Source: a candidate division WOR-3 bacterium (GTDB lineage: Bacteria > Hydrothermota > Hydrothermia > B15-G9 > WFZT01). Taken from it: 53,036 bases of DNA. The stretch lies in the NCBI GenBank assembly GCA_027053075.1, contig JALUEE010000030.1:1-53036 (forward strand). Reading direction: 5' to 3'. The notes beneath the pieces were generated by a model. It worked only from the letters and a program-made list of their open reading frames with translations. It searched no databases and was not told where the DNA came from. A program made the translations under genes and the position numbers. Position 1 is the stretch's first letter. The number at the start of each line of letters is the position of its first letter. Of this stretch, positions 9,247 to 19,717 are shown piece by piece.

Positions 9247-9372
9247 GAGCCTGTTCGAAAAAATCTCAAATTCTTTGATTTTTGAGGAAAAATTTACCCC
9301 CCACCTTGTTCCTCCCCCCACGCACTTTGTGCGTGGGGGGAGGAGAGGAGAGGGGAATTTTCAAGCAGGCCC
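9247..9372 (+). mobile_element. MITE-like element, copy 1 (~126 bp)
   Basis: Imperfect TIRs GAGCCTGTTCGAAAA / TTTTCAAGCAGGCCC; internal 16-bp hairpin; flanked by TGCCCT direct repeats; colinear with revcomp 24837-24960. Confidence 0.75.
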
Positions 9373-9377
9373 TGCCC

Positions 9378-9406
9378 TTGATTACTGTGGCTTTTGCTCT
9401 TATTAT
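9378..9406 (+). promoter_or_regulatory. Sigma70-type promoter, probably giving a leaderless DUF2007 transcript
   Basis: TTGATT-17-TATTAT; ATG 8 nt downstream; no SD. Confidence 0.5.
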
Positions 9407-9414
9407 CACCCTCT

Positions 9415-9624
9415 ATGCCAAACTGGGTCGTCATCAAAATTGTTAATGGGCTTCCTGAGGCTCACATAATCAAAGGCCTACTCGAGTCAAACAACATTCC
9501 TGTCCGACTCGAATATGAGGCCATTGGGCAAATCTATGGACTTACCGTGGATGGACTCGGCCAGGTAAAAATACTCGTTCCGGAGGAGTTTTTCGAAGAG
9601 GCAGAATCCCTCCTCGAGGATTAA
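9415..9624 (+). CDS. DUF2007-like putative signal-transducing protein
   Basis: EAHIIKGLLESNNIPV...G.VKILVPEE..EEA pattern. Confidence 0.8.
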   Translation: MPNWVVIKIVNGLPEAHIIKGLLESNNIPVRLEYEAIGQIYGLTVDGLGQVKILVPEEFFEEAESLLED

Positions 9625-9751
9625 CTCACAGAGATTATCAATGTTTTTGTGAAATCCACCCTCCATTCGGGTTTATTATAAAAATCTAAATTTTAGTCGG
9701 TCCAACGGACTCACGTAATCTCACAAGTGACCGCAGGCCAGTCGGTAAATT

Positions 9752-9904
9752 GCCCCTCCTTTCCCGCAGGAAGGAGGGGTCAGGGGAGAACGGGGTAAGT
9801 TCAATGCTTCTCAGAGTATCCAACGATACTCTAATAAACACGCTCGTTTTTTTAACAAATTTTTCCCATTCCACCCCAACCCTCCCTTCCGGAGGAAGGG
9901 AGGG
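9752..9904. repeat. Inverted pair of family-B REP-like palindromes
   Basis: CCCCTCCTTTCC..GGAAGGAGGGGTCAGGGGAGAACGGGG and CCCATTCCACCCCAACCCTCCCTTCCGGAGGAAGGGAGGG; same layout as 121-223. Confidence 0.8.
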
Positions 9905-10044
9905 AGTTTCGCTACTTATCATGTCCAAACTGGAAAAATTGTTTTAACATCGCTTTTCTACTCACTCCACTTACACCGCACAAAAGGATAAACAGAGGTG
10001 ATATTTCCTAACAGGTTCTCCTCTATGTAAGCGTGCCCTAAACT

Positions 10045-10079
10045 CCTCTCCCTGCATAAAAAACTTGCGGGAAGAGGAT
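10045..10079. repeat. Family-C imperfect hairpin
   Basis: CTCTCCCTGCATAAAAAACTTGCGGGAAGAG resembles revcomp 52011-52041 (TCTCCCCTGCATAAATTTTCTTGCGGGGGAA). Confidence 0.6.
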
Positions 10080-10286
10080 ATGGAGAGGGGTACTACATAT
10101 TTCCGTATAGAACGAATAATCAACTCACTCCACAAATTGGCAAAAGATCTCCATTTTTCATTTCCAAGCGAGATCCCTCTTCCTGGCCATTACCCATCGT
10201 TCACAGGGTTAGTCGAAAGCAAAGCCTTTCGTCCTTCAAAACATTTGATGGCTACTTGCTTAAATTTGCTTTAAGATTTTACTTCC

Positions 10287-11126
10287 ATGAAAAAGTTCCT
10301 GGATTATCTTATCATAACAGTTGGAGTATTCATACTTTCACTTGGGCTCACCCTCTTTCTTATCCCTCACAAAATCGCAGCCGGTGGTGTATCCGGGATT
10401 GGTATCATCCTCTACTACCTCTTCGGAATAAACGTCGGATACACCATTTTTGTCCTGAACCTCATCCTCTTTGTCCTTGCATTCAGGATTCTTGGTAGAA
10501 GTTTTGGATTTAAAACCATTTACGCCACGCTCGCATATTCGGCATTTGTTTCAGTTTTAACGAAGGTTCTCCCCCCACAAGGGGTAACCAATGACATGAT
10601 TCTAAATGTTCTCTTTGGATGTTTTTTGTCGGGAACCGGTATGGCCATAGTTTTTTCACGTGAGGCCTCAACAGGCGGAACCGATATCATCGCCATGATT
10701 CTAAAAAAGCTTACCAACCTCGATGTTTCGTGGGGGCTTTTGATTGTGGACTTTACCATAACACTGTTCGCAGGAGTCTTTTTCGGTAGCGAAGTGGGAA
10801 TGTACGCGCTCCTTGGTGTTATTATCAACACATTTACCATAGACACGGTGCTTGAAGGTGTCACAACATCCATACAGGTGATGATAATCTCGGAGCGGTA
10901 CGAAAAGATAAAAGAGCGTATTCTAAAAGAAGTGCGTCGAGGAGCCACTATTCTACACGGAGAGGGCGCATACACAGGGAAAGAACGGAAAATCATTCTT
11001 ACCGTGCTAAAAAGAAAAGAGTTTGTGAAGGTCAAAAGTATAGTGAAGGAAATTGACCCCGATGCCTTTCTGCTCGTTTCCCACGTCAGAGAGGTGCTTG
11101 GCGAAGGCTTCAAACCCATTGAGTGA
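10287..11126 (+). CDS. YitT-family membrane protein
   Basis: IAAGGVSGI, ASTGGTDI, RGAT...GEGAYT, IDPDAF...EVLGEGF. Confidence 0.92.
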   Translation: MKKFLDYLIITVGVFILSLGLTLFLIPHKIAAGGVSGIGIILYYLFGINVGYTIFVLNLILFVLAFRILGRSFGFKTIYATLAYSAFVSVLTKVLPPQGVTNDMILNVLFGCFLSGTGMAIVFSREASTGGTDIIAMILKKLTNLDVSWGLLIVDFTITLFAGVFFGSEVGMYALLGVIINTFTIDTVLEGVTTSIQVMIISERYEKIKERILKEVRRGATILHGEGAYTGKERKIILTVLKRKEFVKVKSIVKEIDPDAFLLVSHVREVLGEGFKPIE

Positions 11127-11779
11127 TGGCAACAGTAATAGTCGATGTAAGGGAAAAGAAATCAAGGGTACCGAAAATACTGCAGGAGCTCGGTGTAAAG
11201 GTTATCTATGCCAGCCTTCCTGTAGGTGATTACTCCCCTACCCCGGGCATTCTTATTGAAAGGAAAACGGTAACAGACTTTATCTCGTCAATAAAACGGA
11301 AAAGATTCCAGCGCCAACTCCAGGAATTAAGAGAAGCCAGTGAAAAAACACTCATCATCATTGAGGGTAAACACCTCTTTTCTACCATGGGAATGTCCCA
11401 AACTGCAATAATGCACACTCTCGCCATCATCGTCATCGGATATAGCATACCGGTTATATTTACTGAAAACTCTCTGGAGACGGCAAAATTTTTGAAAACT
11501 ATTGCTGCTCGCGAAAACATTGATATTTCCGAAATGCGGTCACTTTTTTTTAAAAGAAAAGCCATCAGCCCGGAGGATGAAGTTCTAAGAGTTGTGGAAT
11601 CAATCCCTGGTATTGGCCCAAAGATGGCGCGTGCCCTTCTAAAAAAGTTTAAAAACCTCAAATCTCTCATAAATGCCACTCCCGCTGAGCTCATGAGTGT
11701 GGAGGGATTTGGCAAAAAGCGGGTAGATAAGTTCCTTGAATTCATCGAAAGGGAGTTCCATGAAGAAAACGGAGTTTGA
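11123..11779 (+). CDS. ERCC4/XPF-type nuclease with C-terminal tandem HhH motifs
   Basis: VDVRE, LPVGDY, ERKTVTD (ERKx3D), IEG; SIPGIGPK and VEGFGKK HhH motifs. Confidence 0.88.
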   Translation: MMATVIVDVREKKSRVPKILQELGVKVIYASLPVGDYSPTPGILIERKTVTDFISSIKRKRFQRQLQELREASEKTLIIIEGKHLFSTMGMSQTAIMHTLAIIVIGYSIPVIFTENSLETAKFLKTIAARENIDISEMRSLFFKRKAISPEDEVLRVVESIPGIGPKMARALLKKFKNLKSLINATPAELMSVEGFGKKRVDKFLEFIEREFHEENGV

Positions 11780-12320
11780 GAAGATTTTAAAAGAGCACCT
11801 TTCGGAAATCCCTGAAAAGTTTGATAGAGACTATCGAATTGCGGCAGTGGTAGTGCCAATAATATGGGGAGACGAACCTGAACTACTCCTCACAAGGCGT
11901 GCAGAGACACTCGAGAGTTTCAGGGGACAGATAGCCTTTCCCGGCGGAAGGCCAGAGCCAGGCGAGGGCCCACTTAAAACTGCGCTTAGAGAATTTGAAG
12001 AAGAAGTCGGCATTTCAAGAGACAATTTACATGTTCTCGGTGCACTTCGGGTAGAGAAGACAAGACTCTCGGACTTTATGATTTATCCCGTTGTGGGAGT
12101 TCTTGAGAGTGGGCTTAAATTCAAGAAGAATCCAGACGAAGTGGCAGAAATTTTCACTGTTAAAATCCCAGACCTCCCCACATGTGAGAAGTACCACCCC
12201 CTCATCTGGTCAATTTTTCAGTGCGGGGAGTACACCATCTGGGGAGCAACTTACAGGATTATCAAAAAACTTTTAGGAGTGTTTGATGAAGCAAAAATTC
12301 CCTATTGGAAAGGTCCTTGA
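11760..12320 (+). CDS. NUDIX hydrolase, CoA pyrophosphatase type
   Basis: LLTRR...GQIAFPGG...[22 protein letters not shown]. Confidence 0.9.
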   Translation: MKKTEFEKILKEHLSEIPEKFDRDYRIAAVVVPIIWGDEPELLLTRRAETLESFRGQIAFPGGRPEPGEGPLKTALREFEEEVGISRDNLHVLGALRVEKTRLSDFMIYPVVGVLESGLKFKKNPDEVAEIFTVKIPDLPTCEKYHPLIWSIFQCGEYTIWGATYRIIKKLLGVFDEAKIPYWKGP

Positions 12321-12933
12321 AATTCTCGACAAAGAGAAGGATAAATGGAAGGCCCCTGTCGTGACACTCGTATCAAAGCGTACGCGAGACCCATTTCAGA
12401 CCCTCGTATCAACTATTTTGAGTTTGAGAACAAAAGACGAGGTCACTGCAGCGGCAACTGAGAGGTTGCTCAAACGAGTGAAAAAACCTGAAGACCTGCT
12501 TAAAATTCCCGATGAAGAGCTGGAAAAGATAATCTATCCCGTGGGATTTTACAGAAACAAGGCAAAAACCCTCAAGAAAATAGCAAAGATTCTCATTGAA
12601 AAGTACAATGGCAAGGTTCCAGACACTCTTGAAGAGCTCTTGAAGCTCCCGGGAGTAGGAAGAAAAACTGCCAATCTTGTCTTATCAGAATCATTTGGCA
12701 AAGATGCTATCTGTGTGGATACACACGTTCACAGGATTTCAAACAGATGGGGGATTGTGAACACCAAAACTCCTGAAGAGACAGAATACGCTTTGATGAA
12801 AGTACTACCCAGGAAATGGTGGAAAAAATACAACAGCATCCTTGTCGCATTTGGACAGACTATTTGCAAACCTGTGGGGCCAAAGTGTGATATTTGCCCG
12901 ATCAGGGAATACTGCCCTGCAAGAAAGAAATAG
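12286..12933 (+). CDS. nth: Endonuclease III
   Basis: LPGVGRKTA HhH, VDTHVHR, C-x6-C-x2-C-x5-C Fe-S motif. Confidence 0.95.
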   Translation: MKQKFPIGKVLEILDKEKDKWKAPVVTLVSKRTRDPFQTLVSTILSLRTKDEVTAAATERLLKRVKKPEDLLKIPDEELEKIIYPVGFYRNKAKTLKKIAKILIEKYNGKVPDTLEELLKLPGVGRKTANLVLSESFGKDAICVDTHVHRISNRWGIVNTKTPEETEYALMKVLPRKWWKKYNSILVAFGQTICKPVGPKCDICPIREYCPARKK

Positions 12934-12942
12934 GAGGTAACC

Positions 12943-15315
12943 ATGATATCATTAATTCTGGTGTTAACGCTACAGCTACCTGTCCAGGTGGAGTTTAAAT
13001 CACCTGAATACCTGGATTCGGTAGCCCCAAAGTTTGACCGTGCACCAATTGGAGCTGTATTCACGCAGCGGTCGTATAAAGCCTGGGATTTCCTCGGGCC
13101 AATGCCTATCACCGGGGAGCCCTGGAGCCAGGGAAATGTAAGTGGCCGTGTAACATCCATTGCCATTGATCCCACAGATCCAAACACAGTTTATATAACA
13201 GGTGCTCAGGGAGGAGTCTGGAAAACCACTGATGGCGGCAACACCTGGACACCGCTAACAGATGACCTCTCATCTCTTGCCTCAGGCTACATTACAATCG
13301 ACCCAACGAATAATTTAACTCTCTACTACGGAACCGGTGAACTCCACTTCTGTGGCGATTGCTACTTCGGTGATGGACTATTCAAATCCACCGATGGAGG
13401 TGAGAGCTGGACAAAAATCGCGACAACTTCCCAGGTAGGATCGAGGATATCAAAAATCGTCGTGAATTCATCCAATCCCAACGTCATTTACGTAGGTAAT
13501 AACGGCGGAGTTAGTGTTTCATGGGATGGAGGAGCTTCATGGAATTATACTATTAGCGGAGCAAACTGCAACGACGTTGAAGTCAACCCCACAAATCCAA
13601 ATATCGTGTACGCAAGTTTCTGGGGCTATGGCATTTATAAATCCACAGATGCAGGAAGCTCGTGGGTACACCTCACCAATGGACTTCCAGCAGGTGGTTT
13701 TACGAGAATTGAACTGGCTGTCTCGCCGAGTAATGGGAATGTAATTTATGCAAGTTTTGCCTCCACAAGTTACGATTTACTTGGACTCTACAAATCGACC
13801 GATGGTGGAGATAACTGGACTCAGTTGAGTGGCACGCCAGATTACCTTTACCCTCAGGGTTTCTATGACCATTGCATAATCGTTGACCCTGCAGATCCCA
13901 ACGTTGTCTATGCAGGCGGAGTCTTTCCCTATAACTCTTCATACCATGGTCTCGTAATGACCACAGACGGCGGTTCCTCGTGGAACGATATCACTATAAC
14001 AAGCGATGGGACGCGACTACACCCCGACATCCAAACACTTGCGATTGGACCAGATGGCACGCTGTGGGTAGGATGCGATGGAGGCGTATGGAAAACCACA
14101 AATCCCGGGGCTTCATGGACAAATTTAAATTATGGCCTCGGCATAAGTCAGTTTTACTCAGTGGGATTACACCCGATGAAACCTGATAGTCTGCTTGGTG
14201 GCACACAGGATAATGGAACTCCACTGTATTACGGCAATCTTTCCTGGAGTGAAGTTTCAGGCGGAGATGGAGGACCCTGTTTATTCGATTGGTATGACCC
14301 CGGCTATTACTTTACGACATACATAAAGCTGCAGGACATTTACCTGTTTCACAATGGAGCTTATCAGGATGACATAGCAGGGCCCTGGGTAAGCTCAGGC
14401 GATAGGGCAAGCTGGGCAAATGCCCCTCTGGTAATGGACCCCACAAATCATAACGTAATTTACGCAGGTACCTTCAGAGTATGGAGAACCACTGATTATG
14501 GCAGCACATGGGACTCACTAAGTGTGGATCTTACCGGTGGCAGTGGAGTCCTGCTTTCCCTCGCCATAGCACCTTCAAATACCAGCATAATCTACACCGG
14601 AAGCAGTGACGGAAAAGTTTATAAAACAACCGACTGGGGCAACACATGGACCGAAATTGATGGCTCAACTTTTGGAACCAGCGGTATTGCAGATATAGTC
14701 GTCAACCCCTCTAACCCTGATGAAGTTTACCTATCGGTTAAGACCTTCACAGGTGGTAGGGTTTACAAAACAACAGATGGAGGCGCCAACTGGACAGATA
14801 TTTCGGGTGATCTCCCATCAAATCTCCGCGGCCTTTCACTGGCAGTTGATTTTTCCACACCTGAGCCACAGCTCTATCTTGGAACAGACTACGGGGTCTA
14901 TTTCAGCGCAAATGGCGGAGTTAACTGGTCACAGCCCCTGGATGGACTACCTGATGTAGCAATTTATGAGATTAAAATAGACACCGCCAACGATTACGTG
15001 GTGGCAGCAACACACGGACGAGGAATGTGGAGAACCCAGCTTATCTCAACGAGTGTGGGCGAAAATTCAGTAACTGCAGGCAAGATCAACGTTTCCCATC
15101 TATCCCTCAATGGAGTCTTGAAGGTTTCAAATTTGAATCCGTCGGAAAACTACTCGATAAGGATTTACTCTGTAACTGGCCGCCTGATGATGAAGAAAAA
15201 TGTTAGTGGCATGAAAGAAAGTAGGATACCAACTAATCTTCCTTCGGGAATGTATTTTATTCGTGTTACAGGCAAAAGATCGGACAAAGTGTTTAAACTT
15301 GAGATAGTCCGTTAA
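12943..15315 (+). CDS. Secreted BNR/Asp-box beta-propeller protein with T9SS type-A-like C-terminal domain
   Basis: Many S/T-x-D-G-G-x-T/S-W repeats, GGTQDNG, ATHGRGMW; C-terminus IYSVTGRL...LPSGMYFIR. Confidence 0.85.
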   Translation: MISLILVLTLQLPVQVEFKSPEYLDSVAPKFDRAPIGAVFTQRSYKAWDFLGPMPITGEPWSQGNVSGRVTSIAIDPTDPNTVYITGAQGGVWKTTDGGNTWTPLTDDLSSLASGYITIDPTNNLTLYYGTGELHFCGDCYFGDGLFKSTDGGESWTKIATTSQVGSRISKIVVNSSNPNVIYVGNNGGVSVSWDGGASWNYTISGANCNDVEVNPTNPNIVYASFWGYGIYKSTDAGSSWVHLTNGLPAGGFTRIELAVSPSNGNVIYASFASTSYDLLGLYKSTDGGDNWTQLSGTPDYLYPQGFYDHCIIVDPADPNVVYAGGVFPYNSSYHGLVMTTDGGSSWNDITITSDGTRLHPDIQTLAIGPDGTLWVGCDGGVWKTTNPGASWTNLNYGLGISQFYSVGLHPMKPDSLLGGTQDNGTPLYYGNLSWSEVSGGDGGPCLFDWYDPGYYFTTYIKLQDIYLFHNGAYQDDIAGPWVSSGDRASWANAPLVMDPTNHNVIYAGTFRVWRTTDYGSTWDSLSVDLTGGSGVLLSLAIAPSNTSIIYTGSSDGKVYKTTDWGNTWTEIDGSTFGTSGIADIVVNPSNPDEVYLSVKTFTGGRVYKTTDGGANWTDISGDLPSNLRGLSLAVDFSTPEPQLYLGTDYGVYFSANGGVNWSQPLDGLPDVAIYEIKIDTANDYVVAATHGRGMWRTQLISTSVGENSVTAGKINVSHLSLNGVLKVSNLNPSENYSIRIYSVTGRLMMKKNVSGMKESRIPTNLPSGMYFIRVTGKRSDKVFKLEIVR

Positions 15316-16639
15316 GGGCCTTTAGTGCGGCTTCCTGGCCCTGGCGGATACAGTCAGGAATGCCAATGCCGTTGAGGGAGGCGCCGGCGGGGTGTAACCC
15401 CGCCGGCGCCTCCCTCTTTATCTCCTCCACAAGCTCAAGATGCCCCACTCGATACTGCGGCATCGCCTTCCACCACCTGAAAACACGGTAAAAAATCGGA
15501 GCACTCCTGAGCCTCACAATCTCCCCGAGCTCCTCAAGAGCAATCTCTGCAATTTTCTCATCCTCAAGCTCCAGAATTCCCTCATCGCCACGCCTTCCCA
15601 TAAAACACCTCACCAGCTGGTATCCAGAAGGTGCATGCCCGGGCCACTTATTGGATGAAAACGTACAGGCTGAAATTCTCTTCCTCTCGTCCCGCGCCAC
15701 CATAAAACCGGTGCTATTCTCAGGCAAACTGGCATCCCTGAAGGCAAAAGATACCGTAAGGGTCGAAACAAAAGGAATTTGCATCATCAATTCAGAGAGC
15801 CTTTTTGATAAACTTTTGAGCATCTTACCTGCCCTGAATGCCGGAACAGCCAGAATCAAACGGTCAAACCGATGCTCACCATTTATCACAAATTCACTCC
15901 TATCCCCCTCCACAACTTCCACTGGATAGTTCATCATGATACTGGTTCTGATGAGCTTCCCAACAACTCCCCTGACAAGCTCTTCGAGTCCGCCCCTGAG
16001 GCTTACAAAAGGGGAAATTCCACATGAGCTTCTTTTCATTTTTAAGGCCGCCTTTGTGAGACTCCCGTACTTTCTAACCATTTCCTTGTAATAAGGGAAT
16101 GTGGCAAGGATACTCATCTCTTCAGGATCAGATGCATATATCCCGGAAAGCAACGGACCTGCAAACCTTACAAGTGCTTCTTCTCCGAGCCGCCTTCTTA
16201 CAAAAGCGCCAAGTGTCTCATCACCGTCATGGTTTTCCCTTACAAATGGCTCTCCAAGCATACGAAGTTTCGCCCTGAAACTAAAAAGCTCGCTCTTCCA
16301 GAGTTTTATAAAATTCTTCGGAGCAAGTCCATAGAAGCCTTCAGGGAAACTCCTGAGTTTGCCCCGTGAATAAATAAATGCCCGTGCGTTCTCAGGTGGC
16401 CTTATTACTCGCTCCTCAAGCCCAAGCTCTCTGATGAGTTCCATTCCTCCCCGCTTGAATGTGTAAATGGAATCTGGGCCTCCCTCTATGACAAATCCAT
16501 TCTCAACAAGAGTGAAAATCTTCCCTCCAAGCCTTCCACTTGCCTCAAAAAGAACAACCTCCACGTCGCTTGAAAACTTTTCAAGATAAAAAGCGGCAGA
16601 AAGTCCGGTAATACCACCACCAATTATCCCTACTCTCAT
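15293..16639 (-). CDS. hemY: FAD-dependent (copro/proto)porphyrinogen oxidase, HemY/CgoX type
   Basis: GGGITGLSAA, RLGGKI, EGGPDS, SGIYA, AMPQY, GIPDCI. Confidence 0.92.
   Translation of the reverse strand: MRVGIIGGGITGLSAAFYLEKFSSDVEVVLFEASGRLGGKIFTLVENGFVIEGGPDSIYTFKRGGMELIRELGLEERVIRPPENARAFIYSRGKLRSFPEGFYGLAPKNFIKLWKSELFSFRAKLRMLGEPFVRENHDGDETLGAFVRRRLGEEALVRFAGPLLSGIYASDPEEMSILATFPYYKEMVRKYGSLTKAALKMKRSSCGISPFVSLRGGLEELVRGVVGKLIRTSIMMNYPVEVVEGDRSEFVINGEHRFDRLILAVPAFRAGKMLKSLSKRLSELMMQIPFVSTLTVSFAFRDASLPENSTGFMVARDERKRISACTFSSNKWPGHAPSGYQLVRCFMGRRGDEGILELEDEKIAEIALEELGEIVRLRSAPIFYRVFRWWKAMPQYRVGHLELVEEIKREAPAGLHPAGASLNGIGIPDCIRQGQEAALKALNGLSQV
15374..15416 (+). terminator. Perfect 20-bp hairpin inside the hemY CDS; probable terminator for the + strand operon
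   Basis: GAGGGAGGCGCCGGCGGGGT-GTA-ACCCCGCCGGCGCCTCCCTC followed by TTTAT, about 60 nt after the stop at 15315. Confidence 0.6.
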
Positions 16640-17457
16640 TTCTCTAAAATCAGGTTTTTCAGCACATCAATAAGCATGTCGTCACTGTTGAAAGTGGGGA
16701 CTCTACAGAATTTCACATCTTTGAATTTCATTGGAAGCTCCACATCAAGGTCGTAAAGGACCTCCATGGAATCATGCAGAAAACCGATGGGGACAATGGT
16801 AATCATTCGCTCTCCGGTTTCTATGAGCTTTGGAATTACTTCGTGGATATCAGGGCCAAGCCATTTCCCATGAGCTTTCATGGGCTTTGATTGAAAGGCG
16901 AGGTACCAGCGAGGAATATCAAGGGTCTTTGCAATCTCCTCGGCAAGCCATCTAACCTGAGGCTCGTATGGATCATCTGCCGCCTCGGGCAGGCTGTGAG
17001 CGGTAAACACCACAACTGATTTATCACACCTGTCCATGAGCCTTGCCCATGGTTTCACAAGATGACGGTACCAGGAGACGACTTTTCTGACTTTTAGACC
17101 ATTCAACTTTTCAAAGTACCTCTCCGTGTGGAACCTCGAGTAAAAAGGGGTGAGAGGAATTGCAATTACTTCCTCATAGTCTTTAAGATGCGGCACCACC
17201 TTTTCAATGAAGGGATGCCAGTTTTTCATGCCCACAAAAACTTGATATTCATCAGGAAGCTGTGATTGAAGCTTCAATTTTATCTCATTGAAAATCCTGT
17301 TAACGGGCGAGCCAGAGCCAATGGCCATATATCGCCTGACAAGCTCGTGAATCACTTCAGGAGAGACTTTCCTGTTTCCAGAAATTATTCTGTAGTAGTC
17401 GGGGATATCCTCGATCTTTTCAGGTGCTCCATATCCGATCAACAGAACTGCTTTCAT
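16636..17457 (-). CDS. hemH: Ferrochelatase (HemH/CpfC)
   Basis: YGAPE, GMKNWHPFI, FTAHSLP, DPY, AFQS, WLGPD, EVLYDLD. Confidence 0.92.
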   Translation of the reverse strand: MKAVLLIGYGAPEKIEDIPDYYRIISGNRKVSPEVIHELVRRYMAIGSGSPVNRIFNEIKLKLQSQLPDEYQVFVGMKNWHPFIEKVVPHLKDYEEVIAIPLTPFYSRFHTERYFEKLNGLKVRKVVSWYRHLVKPWARLMDRCDKSVVVFTAHSLPEAADDPYEPQVRWLAEEIAKTLDIPRWYLAFQSKPMKAHGKWLGPDIHEVIPKLIETGERMITIVPIGFLHDSMEVLYDLDVELPMKFKDVKFCRVPTFNSDDMLIDVLKNLILEK

Positions 17458-18464
17458 TTTGAAGTCTCCTCGTGAACAAAATCCACAAGGCGTCTCAGCA
17501 TCTCCGGATTAGTCTGAGGCAAAACACCGTGACCGAGGTTAAAGACGTGTCCGGGCCTTTTCCCAACACTCGCAAGAATGGACTTTGCTGCCCTTTTCAC
17601 CTCATCCCAGGTGGATAGGAGAATAGAAGGATCAAGATTCCCCTGAATGGCTCTACCGGGGAAAATTTCCCATGCCTTCGAGATTTCAATTCGCCAATCC
17701 ACTCCAATGGCGTCTCCACCAGCTTCTGCCATCAAATGCAGTATCCCAGAGGTATTTACCCCAAAGTGGATGATCGGCGCACCGCGTACACTTTCCATCA
17801 ATTTTTTCATGTGGGGTAGGACAAAATCACGGTAATCATCGGGGCTCAAAGCCCCAACCCAGCTATCAAAGACCTCAACGGCATCAGCACCGGCCTTAAT
17901 CTGGGCATTCAGATAATTAGCAATGGAATCGGTAAGAAGACTCATGGCCGCGTGGAAAGTTTCCTTATCCTCATGCATAAATTTCTTAAGCTTCAGGAAA
18001 TTCTTTGAAGGACCTCCCTCAACCATGTAGCTTAAAAGGGTAAAAGGGGCACCCGAAAAACCAATAAGTGGAAGATTTGTTGATGACTTAATGATTTTAA
18101 TCCCTTCAAGCACGAATGGGAGGTCTTCCTCTAATTTCAGGGGACGCAAATTTTCAAGGTCGCTCCTCGCTCTCAACGGATTTTCTACCACAGGCCCCAC
18201 GCCGGGTTTTATATCAAATTTCACGCCCATTGGCTCCAGAGGGAGCATGATATCGGAGAAAAGGATGAGGGCATCAATCTCCATCTTCCTGGCTGGAATA
18301 AGGGTTACCTCGGCAATGAGCTCAGGATTTTTCGCTATCTCTAAAATGCTGTATTTTTCTCGAATTTTTCGATATTCCTCCTGGTAGCGACCGGCCTGCC
18401 GCATAAACCAGACAGGGGTCACATCAATTGGTTCTTTTCTCAGTGCCTTCAGAAAATTACTCAT
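17454..18464 (-). CDS. hemE: Uroporphyrinogen decarboxylase
   Basis: [28 protein letters not shown]. Confidence 0.97.
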   Translation of the reverse strand: MSNFLKALRKEPIDVTPVWFMRQAGRYQEEYRKIREKYSILEIAKNPELIAEVTLIPARKMEIDALILFSDIMLPLEPMGVKFDIKPGVGPVVENPLRARSDLENLRPLKLEEDLPFVLEGIKIIKSSTNLPLIGFSGAPFTLLSYMVEGGPSKNFLKLKKFMHEDKETFHAAMSLLTDSIANYLNAQIKAGADAVEVFDSWVGALSPDDYRDFVLPHMKKLMESVRGAPIIHFGVNTSGILHLMAEAGGDAIGVDWRIEISKAWEIFPGRAIQGNLDPSILLSTWDEVKRAAKSILASVGKRPGHVFNLGHGVLPQTNPEMLRRLVDFVHEETSK

Positions 18465-19717
18465 TTAAAACTCCGGGCGATGTCGAGTGCCTTTTCAATA
18501 TCCTCTTCCGTGTGGGCTGCTGAGATAAACCATGCTTCAAATTGGGACGGCGGCGGGAAAGCCCCACCCTTTATCATGTGCCAGAAGAACTTTGCATACT
18601 TCTCCGCATCAGCTCTTTTAGCAGAATCATAGTCAAAAACCTCTGCATAAGTGAAGAATGGAGTAAACATAGAGCCCACTCGATTTACAGTTACGCCGCC
18701 CAACTCTCTCCACAAACCCTCTGTAAACTTCTCCGCAAGTGATTCAAGTTTTTCATAAACTCCACCGCTTTTGAGAATTTTTAGCGTTGCAATTCCTGCG
18801 CTCATGGCAAGCGGATTCCCCGATAGTGTTCCGGCCTGATAAACAGGTCCAAGAGGTGCAAGATGTTCCATAATCTCGCGTTTTCCGCCGTAAGCTCCCA
18901 CTGGCAGACCACCCCCGATGATTTTTCCGAGTGTCGTCAAATCAGGTGTAATTCCGAAAACCGTCTGTGCTCCACCCCATGTAAGTCTGAAGCCTGTGAT
19001 AACTTCGTCAAAAATGAGAAGCGCGCCGTTGTCACGGGTTATCTCTCTCAAACCCTCTAAAAATCCCTGTTTTGGAGGCACTACTCCCATGTTACCGGCT
19101 ACCGGCTCAACGATGACAGTTGCAATTTCATTGCCAAATTTTTCAAACAGGGCTTCAACGCTGGAGAGATCGTTGAACCTTGCCACCAGAGTGTCCCTGA
19201 CTATGGACTCCGTCACTCCTTTACTTCCGGGAATGCCAAGAGTCATCACACCTGAACCTGCCTGAACCAGGAAGTAGTCAGCATGCCCGTGATAGCATCC
19301 CGCAAATTTCACAATCTTTGGGCGCCCTGTGTATCCCCGGGCAAGCCTCACGGCACTCATGGTTGCCTCGGTCCCTGAATTTACAAACCTCACAAGTTCA
19401 ATGGATGGAAACGCGTCTTTAACAAGTTTTGCAAGCTCAATCTCAAGCTCGGTAGAAACCCCAAAAGAGGTTCCTCTCTCTGCCTGCTCGTTTATAGCCT
19501 TCACCACTTCAGGGTGAGCATGTCCGAGTATCAGCGGTCCCCATGACCCCATAAAATCGATGTATTCGTTCCCATCGACATCGTAGAGTTTTGCTCCCTT
19601 TGCGTGGTCGAGGAAGATTGGGTTACCGCCCACAGAGTTGAATGCCCTGACCGGGCTATTCACACCACCTACGAGGTGTTTTATTGCTTCTTTATAAAGC
19701 TTTTCTGACCTTTTCAT
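18461..19717 (-). CDS. hemL: Glutamate-1-semialdehyde 2,1-aminomutase
   Basis: [47 protein letters not shown]. Confidence 0.98.
   Translation of the reverse strand: MKRSEKLYKEAIKHLVGGVNSPVRAFNSVGGNPIFLDHAKGAKLYDVDGNEYIDFMGSWGPLILGHAHPEVVKAINEQAERGTSFGVSTELEIELAKLVKDAFPSIELVRFVNSGTEATMSAVRLARGYTGRPKIVKFAGCYHGHADYFLVQAGSGVMTLGIPGSKGVTESIVRDTLVARFNDLSSVEALFEKFGNEIATVIVEPVAGNMGVVPPKQGFLEGLREITRDNGALLIFDEVITGFRLTWGGAQTVFGITPDLTTLGKIIGGGLPVGAYGGKREIMEHLAPLGPVYQAGTLSGNPLAMSAGIATLKILKSGGVYEKLESLAEKFTEGLWRELGGVTVNRVGSMFTPFFTYAEVFDYDSAKRADAEKYAKFFWHMIKGGAFPPPSQFEAWFISAAHTEEDIEKALDIARSFK

Noticed and set aside
10520..11859. Long antisense ORFs (199 and 209 aa) and similar ones opposite ptsI, infB and hem genes
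   Set aside because: They lie opposite well-supported genes and are explained by codon-usage shadowing.
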